A stretch of 63,998 bases of DNA, the filler included, from Ionaspis alba (Eukaryota), in the NCBI GenBank assembly GCA_964255285.1. It is 3 parts of 3 records of this genome, joined end to end, with 100 filler letters (N's around TTAATTAATTAA, not from the genome) between each part and the next. Parts side by side here need not be neighbours in the genome. Positions count along the whole stretch, not along the records: positions 23,436 to 46,736 come from CAXUUL010000187.1; 2 more parts are not named here. One strand, written 5' to 3'. Shown one piece after another: positions 27,091 through 39,140 of the stretch. Under the pieces are notes generated by a model. The model was not told the DNA's origin. It did no database searches and worked only from the letters and a program-made list of their open reading frames with translations. A program made the translations under genes and the position numbers. Positions within the stretch are counted from its first letter, which is position 1. The number at the start of each line of letters is the position of its first letter.

Positions 27091-28244
27091 CTACCGCCTC
27101 CTGGCCATTGTTGCTAGATTGGAACGGGCGGCGACTGCCAACTTGTGGACACCTCCCCGTCGATCCCACACTCCGCTTCTTCCCTCCACGATAGACACCA
27201 GCTCCTCAGCGACCTTTTGCGCGAACATTCCCTTTCCACTACCCCGAGATCGTTTTTTGCTTGCTGCGTCGAGAATCCACATAACCGCTTGACGTCTTCT
27301 CTGCTCTCTTCCAAGCGGAATAGGTATTTGTAGAGCCACTCCTCCTCCCGCAGCTCCCTTTTGTGACCGAATCCGTAACAAAGGTGCCACAGAGTCAATT
27401 GCAAGAGTGAGATACAGTATCGGGTTCAACGGAAGATGTGAAGCAGCAGGAGCGCCTGGGACGAGAGGTCTGCTGGGATTTACCAAAGGTGGTGGAGTTG
27501 TGCGTAGATGATTCAATATCCGCGCCATATTCTAGAATACCATATAAATTAGCTCGCGTGGTCAAAAAGGTAAGAGCTAATTGCGAGCAATCTATCGAAA
27601 AGAAACCTCGACGGACCTACCCTCTGAGCCTTACTCAGCTTGCCATCTTTCATCAATAGACTTGTGACCTGCTTAACGACCGGATCATAGCGGTACTTCA
27701 TGTTGGCCATGCTCTGAATTGGAAGATCGGGCAGCCCGAACTTGTGACCTTGAGTTTCAATTGCGTCGTCCTCGAAAGTAATCATGGCTTCTTGCCGTCT
27801 TCGTGCAGAGGTAGAGAAGGATCGAGATCCTTTTGGGGTTGGTGATTTGAGATTCTCTTGCATAACCTTTGGCGCGTTCTGTTGACCCTCTTCGTGTCGT
27901 TTGAGTATCTGTGATGTAATCATGAGTACAATATTCGTATATGTCGTCCCGGGAAAGGGTAAATCTACCTCTTGAACTGGAGTGCCTTGCTCCACATCGG
28001 GAGGGGTTTCACCCATGATCTTTCCCATCTCACTAGCCTCTTCACTGACATGGGGTAATTGTTCTTGATTAGGTCCTGGTTTTTGTTGTTGATTGGCTAA
28101 GGGAAGGGGCTTTTCGTCTGCGGTGATGCATCTTGATGGAACAAGGCGGAGTGATAGTGGGAGGCGATGGAAGGATGGTGCTGTGGATCGAATAGAGGAG
28201 TGATTCGATTTGAGAGAGCGCGCAAGTGGTATTCGTGGAGGCAT
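27091..28244 (-). CDS. RSM7: Mitochondrial ribosomal protein S7 (uS7m)
   Basis: Arg/Ser-rich presequence, YDPVVKQVTSLLMKDGKLSKAQR, AIDSVAPLLRIR...QIPIPLGREQRRRQAVMWIL...VHKLAVAARSN. Confidence 0.93.
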
Positions 28245-28392
28245 GATGGACTCTGATATGTTTAAGAGATCCTCTATTCTATGACAAGTCCTAGATTATC
28301 GAGCTAGTGGAGTTCAGCCCTAAAACTTTCTCTGCGGCGGGAATTGGATCTTGTGATTGGCAGTGGCTCGCTGAAGTAAAGACGATCGGACG

Positions 28393-28406
28393 GCGGAGTA
28401 CTCCGC
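28393..28406. promoter_or_regulatory. Putative UaY/Ppr1-type Zn2Cys6 binding site (CGG-N6-CCG) upstream of xanthine dehydrogenase
   Basis: Perfect 14-bp palindrome GCGGAGTACTCCGC about 230 bp upstream of the XDH ATG. Confidence 0.65.
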
Positions 28407-28448
28407 AGTCTACTGGACAATGTAGGTACGCGGGGTGGAGATGGTATT

Positions 28449-28481
28449 GATAAGAAGAGTGTGACTTTCCCATTCCTATCT
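28449..28481. promoter_or_regulatory. Paired GATA (AreA/Nit2-type) sites
   Basis: TGATAAG near 28449 and CTATCT (AGATAG on the minus strand) near 28476, between the palindrome and the XDH ATG. Confidence 0.45.
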
Positions 28482-28634
28482 TAACAGAATCAACCGTCTG
28501 TTAGATCTCTCTTCTTTCGTCTCCTCTCTGCTCTCTTCAAGGAATGTGCGATCTTATATTTTACGATTCTTCATATTCGTGAGATTTTGATTGAGTTATT
28601 CCAGTAAACGTCTCACATTTCCTTGCTTTTGATA

Positions 28635-31600
28635 ATGGCGCCAGGGCTTGTAGAACCTGCTGTGTCATCGGAGAAGACGCAGACATTGCACAGCGTGACT
28701 GATCGTTACGATGATACTCTCCGCTTCTATCTTAATGGAACAAAAGTTGCACTCGATACTATTGACCCTGAGATCACCTTGCTTGAATACCTTCGGGGCA
28801 TTGGCTTGACAGGTACTAAGCTGGGATGTGCGGAGGGAGGTTGCGGTGCGTGTACAGTGGTTAGTCTATTCTTCGATGATATGAAAATTTGTGGTTCACA
28901 TCTTGCCTCTCAGGTCGTCTCTCAGCTCAACCCTACGACCAAGAAGGTCTACCATGCCTCTGTCAACGCCTGTCTTGCACCGCTCGTCAGTGTCGATGGC
29001 AAACATGTGATCACCGTGGAGGGCATCGGCAATGTCAAGAACCCTCATCCTGCCCAGGAACGAATAGCAATGGGTAGCGGAAGCCAATGCGGCTTTTGTA
29101 CCCCAGGTATTGTTATGGTAAGGTTTAATCCCCTCAAAGTCGGCTTCTCCCTAATATACTTCAGAGCTTGTATGCTTTACTCCGCAACGATTCCAACCCC
29201 TCCGAGTTGGAGGTCGAAGAAGCATTCGATGGAAATCTTTGCCGTTGCACAGGTTATAGACCAATACTTGACGCAGCACAATCCTTCAGCGCGAAGAAAG
29301 GATGCGGCAAGTCGACGGCAAATGGGGGCAGTGGTTGTTGTATGGAGAATGGTAATGGCGCTACGAATGGCTGCTCCAATGGAACCACGAACGGTCTGAA
29401 TGGCGACCAGCCAATCAAGAAATTCACTCCTCCTGGCTTCATAGAATATAACCCAGACACTCAATTGATATTTCCACCTTCGCTGTCGAAACACGAGTTC
29501 AGACCTCTTGCCTTCGGCAACAAACGAAAACGCTGGTATCGTCCAGTCACACTAGAGCAGTTGCTTGAGATCAAGAGTGTATATCCATCGGCCAAGATCA
29601 TTGCTGGCAGCACTGAAACGCAAATCGAGATCAAGTTCAAAGCCATGCAATACTCCGCGTCCGTATACGTTGGTGATATTGCAGAGCTCCGCCAGTACTC
29701 CTTCAACGATGACCATGTGGAGATTGGCGGGAATGTTATTCTTACCGATCTGGAAGACATCTGCTTGAAAGCACTCGATCACTATGGTCCGATCAAAGGA
29801 CAACCATTCAGGGCGATACACAAGCAGATTCGCTACTTTGCCGGTAGACAGATCAGGAATGTCGGTACACCAGCCGGAAACCTGGCTACTGCATCGCCAA
29901 TTTCAGACCTCAACCCAGTATTTTGCGCCTCCAATACCATACTAATCGCCAAATCATTGGATAAGGAGACAGAGATACCAATGTCACAATTCTTCAAAGG
30001 ATACAGAACTACGGCTTTGCCCGCAGATGCAATCATTGCCAGTCTGCGCGTTCCTATCTCGCGCGAGAATGGAGAATTCCTTCGTGCTTACAAGCAAGCT
30101 AAGCGAAAGGACGACGATATCGCCATCGTTAATGCCGCACTGCGGATAACTTTAAGCGACAGCCACAATATCGAGAGTGCTGATTTGGTCTATGGTGGCA
30201 TGGCTCCAATTACTATTGCTGCGAAGCAAGCAATGTCCTATCTCAAAGGCAAGAAATGGACAGACCCTGCTACGCTTGAGGGGGCAATGAATGCATTGGA
30301 AAAAGACTTCGATCTCAGATTTGGCGTTCCAGGCGGAATGGCTACCTATCGGAAATCTCTGGCCCTCGGCTTCTTCTACCGGTTCTACCATGAGGTACTA
30401 TCTGAGCTTAAGATCAAAGAAGTGGATATTGATGATGATGTACGAGGGGAAATCGAGCGTGCTATATCGTGGGGCAAAAAGGATCACGATGCCACGCAAG
30501 AGTACCAGCAGCGGATTCTGGGAAAAGCGAATCCTCATGTGGCGGCACTCAAGCAGTGCACTGGAGAGGCTCAATACACAGATGACATCCCAGTACAAAA
30601 GAACGAACTCTACGGTGTCCTGGTGCTGTCCACAAAACCCCATGCAAAGATTTTGAGAGTTGACCAATCACCTGCGATGGACTTACCGGGCGTTGTGGAA
30701 TGGGTAGATCATCGTGATCTTCCCAACCCAAAAGCAAACTGGTGGGGAGCGCCCAATTGTGACGAAGTTTTCTTCGCGGTAGACGAAGTTTTCACTGCTG
30801 GACAACCCATAGGCATGATACTCGCAGACTCTGCAAAGCATGCGGAAGCAGGAGCAAGGGCAGTGAAAATCGAGTATGAGGATCTCCCGGCTGTATTTAC
30901 TATCGAAGAAGCAATTGCCCATGAGAGCTATCATCCTCATTATCGATACATCAACACGGGAGATACCGAGAAAGCTTTCAAAGAGGCCGACCATGTCTTT
31001 TCTGGTGTTGTTCGCATGGGGGGTCAAGAGCACTTCTATCTTGAGACACAGGCTTGTGTCATAGTTCCGAAGCCAGAAGATGGTGAGATGGAAGTGTATA
31101 GCAGCACTCAAAATCCATCAGAAACGTGAGTAAATGAGTCCAGCTAACTGTCGGATCTCCACTAACGCTTGCAGACAATCATACATTGCCCAAGTTACTG
31201 GCGTTCAAGCGAACAAGATTGTCTCGAAAGTCAAACGCCTGGGAGGTGGCTTTGGGGGTAAAGAAACAAGATCTATTCAACTTTCGGCAATCTGCGCTGT
31301 TGCTGCAAACAAAGTGAAACGACCTGTCCGTTGTATGCTCAATCGCGACGAGGACATTGCCACTTCCGGCCAAAGACATCCATTCCTTGCTACATGGAAA
31401 GTTGCAGTCAACAAAGATGGTAAGCTCCAGGCCTTGGATGCTAAGGTCTTTTGCAATGCCGGTTGGAGTCAGGACCTCAGCGGTGCTGTCTGCGATAGGT
31501 CTCTTTCTCACATAGATGGCTGTTACTTGATTCCAAATGTTCATGTACGTGGCCGTCTGGCAAAGACGAACACCGTCTCGAACACGGCGTTCAGAGGATT

Positions 31601-32861
31601 TGGTGGTCCACAAGGAATGTTCATTGCGGAGAGCTACATGGAAGAAGTTGCAGATCACTTGGGTATGCCGGTTGAACGACTTAGAGAGATCAACTTCTAC
31701 AAGCCGAACGAGATTACTCACTTCAATCAATCTCTCAAGGATTGGCACGTACCACTTATGTATCAACAGGTCCTCGACGAAGCGGACTATAGCAGGCGAA
31801 GAGCCTCTGTGGACGAGTTCAATGCCAATCACAAGTGGAATAAGCGTGGTCTGGCTATCATTCCCACTAAATTCGGAATCTCTTTCACAGCACTATTTTT
31901 GAATCAAGCCGGTGCCTTGGTCCATATTTACCACGATGGCTCTGTGCTCGTTGCACATGGCGGAACAGAAATGGGCCAAGGACTGCATACAAAGATGACG
32001 ATGATAGCAGCGGAAACTCTTGGTGTCCCTCTCTCTAATGTATTTATCTCGGAAACAGCCACCAACACAGTCGCCAACACCTCTTCGACAGCTGCTTCTG
32101 CATCTAGCGATTTGAACGGCTACGCGGTTTTCAATGCTTGTGAGCAGATCAATGCGCGACTGGCTCCGTACAGGGAGAAGCTCGGCAAAGATGCTTCTAT
32201 GAAAGAACTTGCTCATGCAGCCTACTTCGATCGAGTCAATCTTTCTGCGAACGGTTTTTACAAGACTCCCGATATTGGCTATGTCTGGGGTCCCAACACT
32301 GGGCAGATGTTCTACTACTTCACGCAGGGCGTTACGGCCGCCGAAGTTGAGATTGACACCCTTACTGGCGACTGGACCTGTCTAAGAGCAGATATTAAAA
32401 TGGACGTTGGTCGCTCTATCAACCCAGCAATCGACTACGGCCAAATTGAGGGCGCCTTCGTTCAAGGCCAGGGTCTCTTCACTACGGAAGAGAGTCTCTG
32501 GCACCGAGCCTCTGGACAGATCTTCACCAAAGGCCCGGGAACTTACAAGATCCCTGGGTTCCGCGATATCCCGCAGGAGTTCAATGTCAGTTTGCTGAAG
32601 GGCGTCGAGTGGGAGAACCTACGGACTATCCAGAGATCCCGTGGTGTGGGCGAACCTCCACTCTTTATGGGCAGTAGTGTTTTCTTTGCTATTAGGGATG
32701 CCCTGAGAGCTGCTCGCAAGCAGTACGGTGTTGATGATGTTCTCAGTTTGCAAAGTCCAGCTACGCCAGAGAGGATCAGGGTCAGTTGCGTGGATCCAAT
32801 TATCAAGAGGGCTTATGTTTCTCCGAGGGAGGGAGAGAAGAGTTTCTTCATGTCAATTTAG
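28635..32861 (+). CDS. hxA: Xanthine dehydrogenase (purine hydroxylase I)
   Basis: 2Fe-2S motifs GTKLGCAEGGCGACTV, QCGFCTPG and GNLCRCTGYRP; FAD domain FAGRQIRNVGT; Moco domain GGGFGGKE, TAFRGFGGPQ, GISFTALF and SRGVGEPP. Introns 28860-28913, 29118-29164 and 31126-31174. Confidence 0.97.
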
Positions 32862-33017
32862 GGGAGGTTTATGATGTTATGATATATGGCCGCTTTGATG
32901 GATTGCCAATTCCAGAATTTCTTTGTTATTGATATTTGTATTCGAGCTGTATTACTTGATTCTACCATCCCGTCATATCTGTAAACAAGCCAGCTATCAT
33001 ACCATCATTATCTCCTT

Positions 33018-33791
33018 TCAGTCCTCGTGCAAACGCCCTTCTGCCCCCCAGCCTCCCTTCCCATCTATCTCCCCCATCACACTCTTGACAACCCACTCCA
33101 ACGCCTCCTCCATCCCCCACTCGCCACTTGGACAAACCTTAACCCTCAACCTCCTCACCACACTCTCATCGACCCTCCCCTCCACATCACCCCCCTCGAA
33201 TAAAAACCCATGCTCCTCGACAAACCCAGGCCAAACAACACTATCCACATATCCCTCCGGATCCTCCCAAAACCCCTCTAGCGTCACGTACCCACTTCTG
33301 GCCTCCCGCCTCGCCTTCGCTTTCTCATAGCTCGCCCGTAACAAGATCTTGATATCCATCGCCTCCCTCACCTCCTTCACACTCTCCCCAACTAATAGAA
33401 ACCCATCCACAACCACGACTTTCTGCTCCCCCATCCCCTGCTCCTTCCTCCCCTCCAACCACGCCCCCACGCGCTTCTTCAATCTCTCCACCGTCTCTGG
33501 CCGAACACCATCTTCTCCCACTGCATTCCCGGCCTCCTTGCTCTCTAGCCATTCGGGCAAGGTGCCGTGCGTTTTTATATGGGTCAATGCCCGCAGGAGC
33601 GCGGGGATGTCGAGTGCGGCTGCACAGTCCCAGTCTTTGAAGCCGGCGCGGAGGGGGAGTTGCGCTTCGGGGAGGTAGAAGTCGTCTTCGTGGAGGAGAA
33701 GGGTGGAGGGGAAGATGGTGAGGAGGTGTCGGGCTATGGTTGTTTTGCCAGAGGAGGAAGGGCCGGAGAGGGCTAGGAGGGTGGGAGCCAT
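33018..33791 (-). CDS. NRK1: Nicotinamide riboside kinase
   Basis: Intronless ORF with P-loop LSGPSSSGKTT, HEDDFY, DWDC, VDGFLL and RREARSGYVTLEGFWEDPEGYVDSVVWP. Confidence 0.92.
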   Translation of the reverse strand: MAPTLLALSGPSSSGKTTIARHLLTIFPSTLLLHEDDFYLPEAQLPLRAGFKDWDCAAALDIPALLRALTHIKTHGTLPEWLESKEAGNAVGEDGVRPETVERLKKRVGAWLEGRKEQGMGEQKVVVVDGFLLVGESVKEVREAMDIKILLRASYEKAKARREARSGYVTLEGFWEDPEGYVDSVVWPGFVEEHGFLFEGGDVEGRVDESVVRRLRVKVCPSGEWGMEEALEWVVKSVMGEIDGKGGWGAEGRLHED

Positions 33792-34425
33792 AGTTGGGGA
33801 TTGATCTTGGAAAATTAGGCTAGCATAATAGAGAGGTCTTTCTGTTACGGATTTATCGAGATTTGGAGATGGCTTGATTGATAGATGTAGGGTTGTTTGA
33901 GGACTGAAAGAATCGTTGTGGATAGAGGAGTTCTACATAGCTCTTGAACAAGGCACTAGGAGGATAGCTTCATGAATGTCTATATATCACATCGTGTTCT
34001 GGAAATTGTCTTCGGTATGGTTGGATGAGCTGGTCCGGCAATATATTCCACCCAAACCTCTGCCAGCTTCAGGAACCTCCTCAGCCTAGGTAAAACTCCC
34101 GAGTCCCCAGCTGAGATACAAGATTTCCCCTCGCCTCAACCGATAACTCCGATCACCCAAATATGCAGAGAACTCCTCCCCAATGCTTCCTCATACATAT
34201 TGCCTCCTCGCGTTAGGCGAGTTGTGTGTTAGATACAAATCAGAGCCATCCGTCCAACACACGAAGACCTTCGGCTTCTTTTTCAGACATGGTATCCTCT
34301 TCTCCCCTTGCCCGTTGTGGTGAATGTTGATACTCGAGACTCTCGAACGCTCCAATGTAGGGAGTCCGTCCAAGCCAAGAGACTCTGATGTTCGACGTAG
34401 TGCTCCCGTTGTAAGGACCAAGTTC

Positions 34426-34796
34426 CTAATCCTGTCCATTCTCCCTCTTCCATCTCTCCAGATACCTCTCAGCACTAAAACCTCCCTTTGGATCGCCCTC
34501 GAAGTTCCCCTTCAAAGGCTCCATATTTTTAGTGACGAAAGGTGTAAGCTACAAGCATTCTCTTAGCCAACACCAAGCAGATAGAATGACTGGAGAGTTG
34601 TTCTTACCTTGAAGTCTTGCAGATTTGCTGGCACCTTATACGTCCGAACTTTATGGTATTCAAGCTTGTAGTCTCCGTGCTTCGTGTGTCGTCCCATTGA
34701 TCCTGAGCCAGTACCCTTGTAGAACCCTTTATTTGTTTGCTTTGTTGTGAGAGCTAGACGCCGAAGGCGTTTGAAGAGAGGCTGTGTCGCCCTCAT
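34426..34796 (-). CDS. MRPL27: Mitochondrial ribosomal protein L27 (mL41)
   Basis: MRATQPLFKRLRRLALTTKQTNKGFYKGTGSGSMGRHTKHG...KVRTYKVP...DFK, intron 34549-34607, LTPFV...YLERWKRENGQD*. Confidence 0.92.
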
Positions 34797-35576
34797 GGTC
34801 GCAAGCCGTAGCTCAAGCCGTAAGGTGTGTGATTGAGGGAGAGTATAGCAATCACCTTCACGAAGCATGGTTTGCGTCGTATCAACCAATCAGAGAGCAA
34901 GCTTGGCCAAGAAATCTTGGCGCTCTGCCAAAAGGCAGAAATCTGCCTTGCGCCCTGTTACGATGCACTACGTGCGTCTGGGCTTCACCTACAAGCTGCC
35001 GCAGTTGGCGAGCTTCTGCAGACGCATGCGACTTGAGGACACCCCAACATGCAGATGGGCGATGGAGGCCACAAACCCCATCACACCCACCCTATCACTT
35101 CTGCGCTTCTAAGCTCAAGCGAGTGTCTTGCTTTGAATAACGCTCGAAGCGAAAGGACTCGGTCTCTTGATATCTTACACCGTCGTGTTGGCGTCACAGT
35201 TTTATGTACTTGAGAGATTGACAATCGCAACTGCGAAGGATTTCCTCGACGAATGATGTGAGGCTAGAGATGCTAATATGAGAGATTTTCAGTCCTTTGT
35301 CGGCTGCTTGTATCGACTGTACAGGCGAAATGGTGGTGGTGGAAAATCCCCTCATAGGCCGCCGCGCCCTTGTCTTCATCGACGTCTGCATGACTGCGTG
35401 CTTCGAGGTTGTACAGAGGCAGAGTTGATATCCAGCCTCGTCTGCTTTCTTTTGTCTGCTCTTATACAGAGTGGGGAACCGCCCAAAATGCTCGGCTTTC
35501 ATTATCTCGGATATTGACAATTGCCTTCGGTCAGCTCTCACTTTCTTCGTGTCCCGTATCAAATAATATCAGAAAC

Positions 35577-37624
35577 ATGTCAAGTTCAAACATCTACACA
35601 GGTATTTGGATTAACTGGTCTCGAGGTCCGGTCTCAGGTTGGACCCTCACTTTACCCTCTGCAGAGGGACAATTGCTTGTCGCCTTCCTTGCCGTCTTCG
35701 TAACAGTAACAGGTTCGCGATTCTGGAACATCATCAGCTTTCTTATCCATCAGCTAAGAGCAGGTCCAACCCCTGGTGATGGAAGGCACCAGCAATCCCA
35801 GGTCATCCTTCGAAATACAGGGAGTGCTATAGGCGTATCATGGGAGCTCCTCTCGCTTGGTTGGCCGTGGCGCAAGGTAGCTACAAGCGGCTTCTGGAGT
35901 CTACTATTGCTGGCCTTACTCGGATTACTGCATGCCTCGTGCTGGGCCGTAGCCGGTGTTTTCTCTTCTCGAGTGGCTAACAGTATCGGAAAGGAAGCTC
36001 TTATTCGCCCTCAGAATTGCGGCTATTACCTTCCTTCCTCTGATGCTTCGCAACTGACCCAACAGTGGTTCGTTACTTCCAGAAATCTCAATGCGACAAA
36101 AGATGCTACTACCTACGCTCGACTCTGTTATGGACAAAGCAACGACAACCCTTATTGCAGCCAATACGTCGTTCCCCAAATCCAGTGGACTAGCGATGCC
36201 AACTCTACTTGTCCGTTTGATGCAGACTTCTGCCGCCTGAAAGGAACCGCTGCGGCATTCAAAATGGACACTGGCATACTGAGTTCTCAAAGCGTCTTTG
36301 GATTCAACACCAGGCGATCAGATGAGATTGGGTATCGAAAAGTCACGACTTGTGCTCCACTTCGCACTCCGGTTGGTTTCTATGAATTTGTAAATAATAC
36401 CAGTTCGGATGGTGAGCCGGGGACACAACAGTGGCTCCGCTATTACCTTGGCCCGACAAAAGAAACCAACTGGACTTATGGCTATAATACTAACAGTAGT
36501 TCTGATATCGGTGGCTACAAGATATCGTATGCTCGCCCCCATTCAAATCATCTTTACTTGCCTGTTTGCTAATCGTTCCTAGGACTATGTATTCCATCGC
36601 CTCAGAAAGTGGCGCATTGTGGACTCCGATTCCTCAGTTAAGTCGTACGGATGCCGATGTCTCTCTATATTTCCTGGATGCCAATGCCTTAAGCTACTAT
36701 GAGCCCGTGGATGATCCATGGTTTTCCGTCCATATTCCACTCCAAGTATCCAATGAAACATACTATTCGACTGACAGTTTTATTCGCATTCTCGGATGTG
36801 CTGAGCAGCACCAATTCTGCAACCTTAAGTCGAATGATAGTGACTCAGCTTGTACGCCATTGACAGGTATGATGACAGCGTACGAGATTGCTACAACGGA
36901 TCCTATGGGCTTTTCAAAGGTTCAAATAGGCATGGTGGGACGCTTCGGAATCAATTTGCTGTTGACCTCAACGTTCAATAGTGTCGTTAGCGAGCTCTCG
37001 CTCCAAGCTTATGGTTCTGTGTGGAACAGCATGTCTGGGCCCTTGCCGAACAATCAGTGGCAGATCGAAGCTATGGCCTGGTTCAACCTTGCCCTAGCCA
37101 AGCTACAAGCTCTATTGGTCGAAATAACTACCGGACCTCCGGCTCCTATGCCGGGTGCTACCGTTCATCCTCCTTTCGATAGAGACGACGAAACGCTTTG
37201 TCACTTACAAAAGATCCAGCAGGGTGCCAAGTATACTTCCTTTTCGGTCCTTGGCGTCATCATCATTCTCGTTGTCGGCGGCTTTATCATCATCATTTCC
37301 TTCTTCACCGACACAATCGTCTGTTTCCTCCAGAACCTTTCCCGCAAAGGCGAACACAAGGCGGCGCAGTGGTTGTTGGATGATAAGCTCCAGCTACAAC
37401 GTATGGTCTACGAGAAAGCAGGCGTGGCAACCTGGACAAATTGCGATGCTAAGGTCCCAATCACTACAGAGATGGTGGAGCATATGGGTATTATACACTC
37501 GGCAAGGAACGACAAACATCCTAGCTACGAGAAGGATGTCACTGGGACTTCGGCAAGTCCTCTGATCGCACATGATGAGTTGAGCATAGAGAAAGGACTT
37601 CATGCAACCTGTGTTGAGCATTGA
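35577..37624 (+). CDS. Uncharacterised multi-pass membrane protein with Cys-containing extracellular domain
   Basis: MSSSNIYTGIWINWSRGPVSGWTLTL...LLVAFLAVFV...QVILRN; YARLCY, CPF, TTCAPL, LGCAEQHQFCN, LPNNQWQIE and TSFSVLG motifs; C-terminal TM and LQLQRM; intron about 36527-36582. Confidence 0.82.
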
Positions 37625-37844
37625 TTTGGGTTTCCCTTTAACGTCTGGCGTTTGCTTTTTCTCCCATTGGCTTGACTCAATTTGATCGTTCAGGAAATTT
37701 TGTTGAGCCTAGCACCACGAAGAAATGATCAGTAAAGCAACCTAACAGTATCTTGAATAAACTCAGCGTCCATATGGTCAATGGATGGAGAATTCGAGAT
37801 ATTGGTAGGCAATCGATGTTTACATGTTTGAATGAAACAATTAT

Positions 37845-39140
37845 CTAAACTAGGTCTACAGTCTGAGTGACCCTGATTGCATTCATCGGATAGCCCTTTC
37901 CCGGAAAATAATCTCTTCCGCAGTCCTTTGCTCCCTCTGTGGTATGTGTAAAGATAGATCTGTCAGCAGGCCCAACCTCGCTGAGGTAGCTATAACTGTT
38001 GTTCTGAGGAGTCCCTCTGAAGTTGAGGTCATTGTGGCCGTTGCCGTGAGATTTTGACGCAGTTGATCTTGGTGTTCTTGATACCAATGAGCGCAACGAG
38101 GAGTACAGGCCGGCAAATTTCGCGCTCGGCATTGCAAGCTCAAACATAAGAGGCCGATAGGTTGGGAGACAGCAACAAATAATAGCGATTGTAAGTTGGA
38201 TAGTAACCCAGACGGAATTGTTAGCCCCTTCCTCTGAGAAATATGGTTAGAAAGTGGTATGTGTAAGCAGAAGTTCTTTTACCTAGAGTAAGATTCGAAT
38301 TGTAAATGATTTTTATGCGAATAATACTAATGATGCCGACACTAATATATATTCGACTTAGCTAATTAAGAAATGAAAGAAAAGGATAACTCACAAACCG
38401 CCCATGACGAAGATGAAACAAAGGGTAATCTTCTGAGAGATTGGTAATTGCAACTTCCGGATTACTCCTAAGGGAAGGAGAACGATGACAAAATCTAAAA
38501 TGCAGTTTGGTATTTCTTGTGCGAGGAACCAGGCGTTCATGTTGATGCAAGTTCCGGGAAGCAGAGGTTGCCAACTCTTCTGAACAGGTGTGCATTTGAA
38601 CAGAAGCGGTAGAATAGATGCAATCCACCACAACAAGCACAGGATGCCCACGACATTGCTGGCTATCCGAAAAATTTTGTCTGACAGGAAGACTCGGCGA
38701 TAGAGGAAGAGCACGCTGAACTTGGCTGCGGTGATTGTAGAAACTATCAGCGAAATCGCAGTATATTCTGCCTGAGAACGTGATTAGTCAGTCGATAGCT
38801 CAGGGAGTCGAAGACGTCTGTAATCGTACCTTTAAAGAGTCTACTAAGACATCTGGGGGTAGTGTATTGGGATTGAGGCCTCCGCCATTGTATAGACCTG
38901 AACGGAAAAGATTTAGGTATATCATAGACTTCAACAAGGACAGTTACCCCACGAGCTGACGACAGTGTATGCCAGAAACAAAGCGAGCCCAATAAAAGTC
39001 CACCAATCGTCAGCTTTGTACGCTGTTTTGGTCTTGTATCTTGCCAAACAGCGCAGCAGAACAGCAATCACGCTGAGTATCGACGAAGATATGGACGAGG
39101 CCATCGTCTTCCGGTACAAAAGTGGATCATAAAATGCCAT
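37845..39140 (-). CDS. PTH11-like (rhodopsin-domain) integral membrane protein, no CFEM domain
   Basis: AVLLRCLAR...ADDW, AKFSVLFLYRRVF, CTPVQKSW...GTC, DFVIVLLPLGVIRKLQLPISQKITLCFIF, SIIRI and AIICCCLPTYRPL; several introns. Confidence 0.88.
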
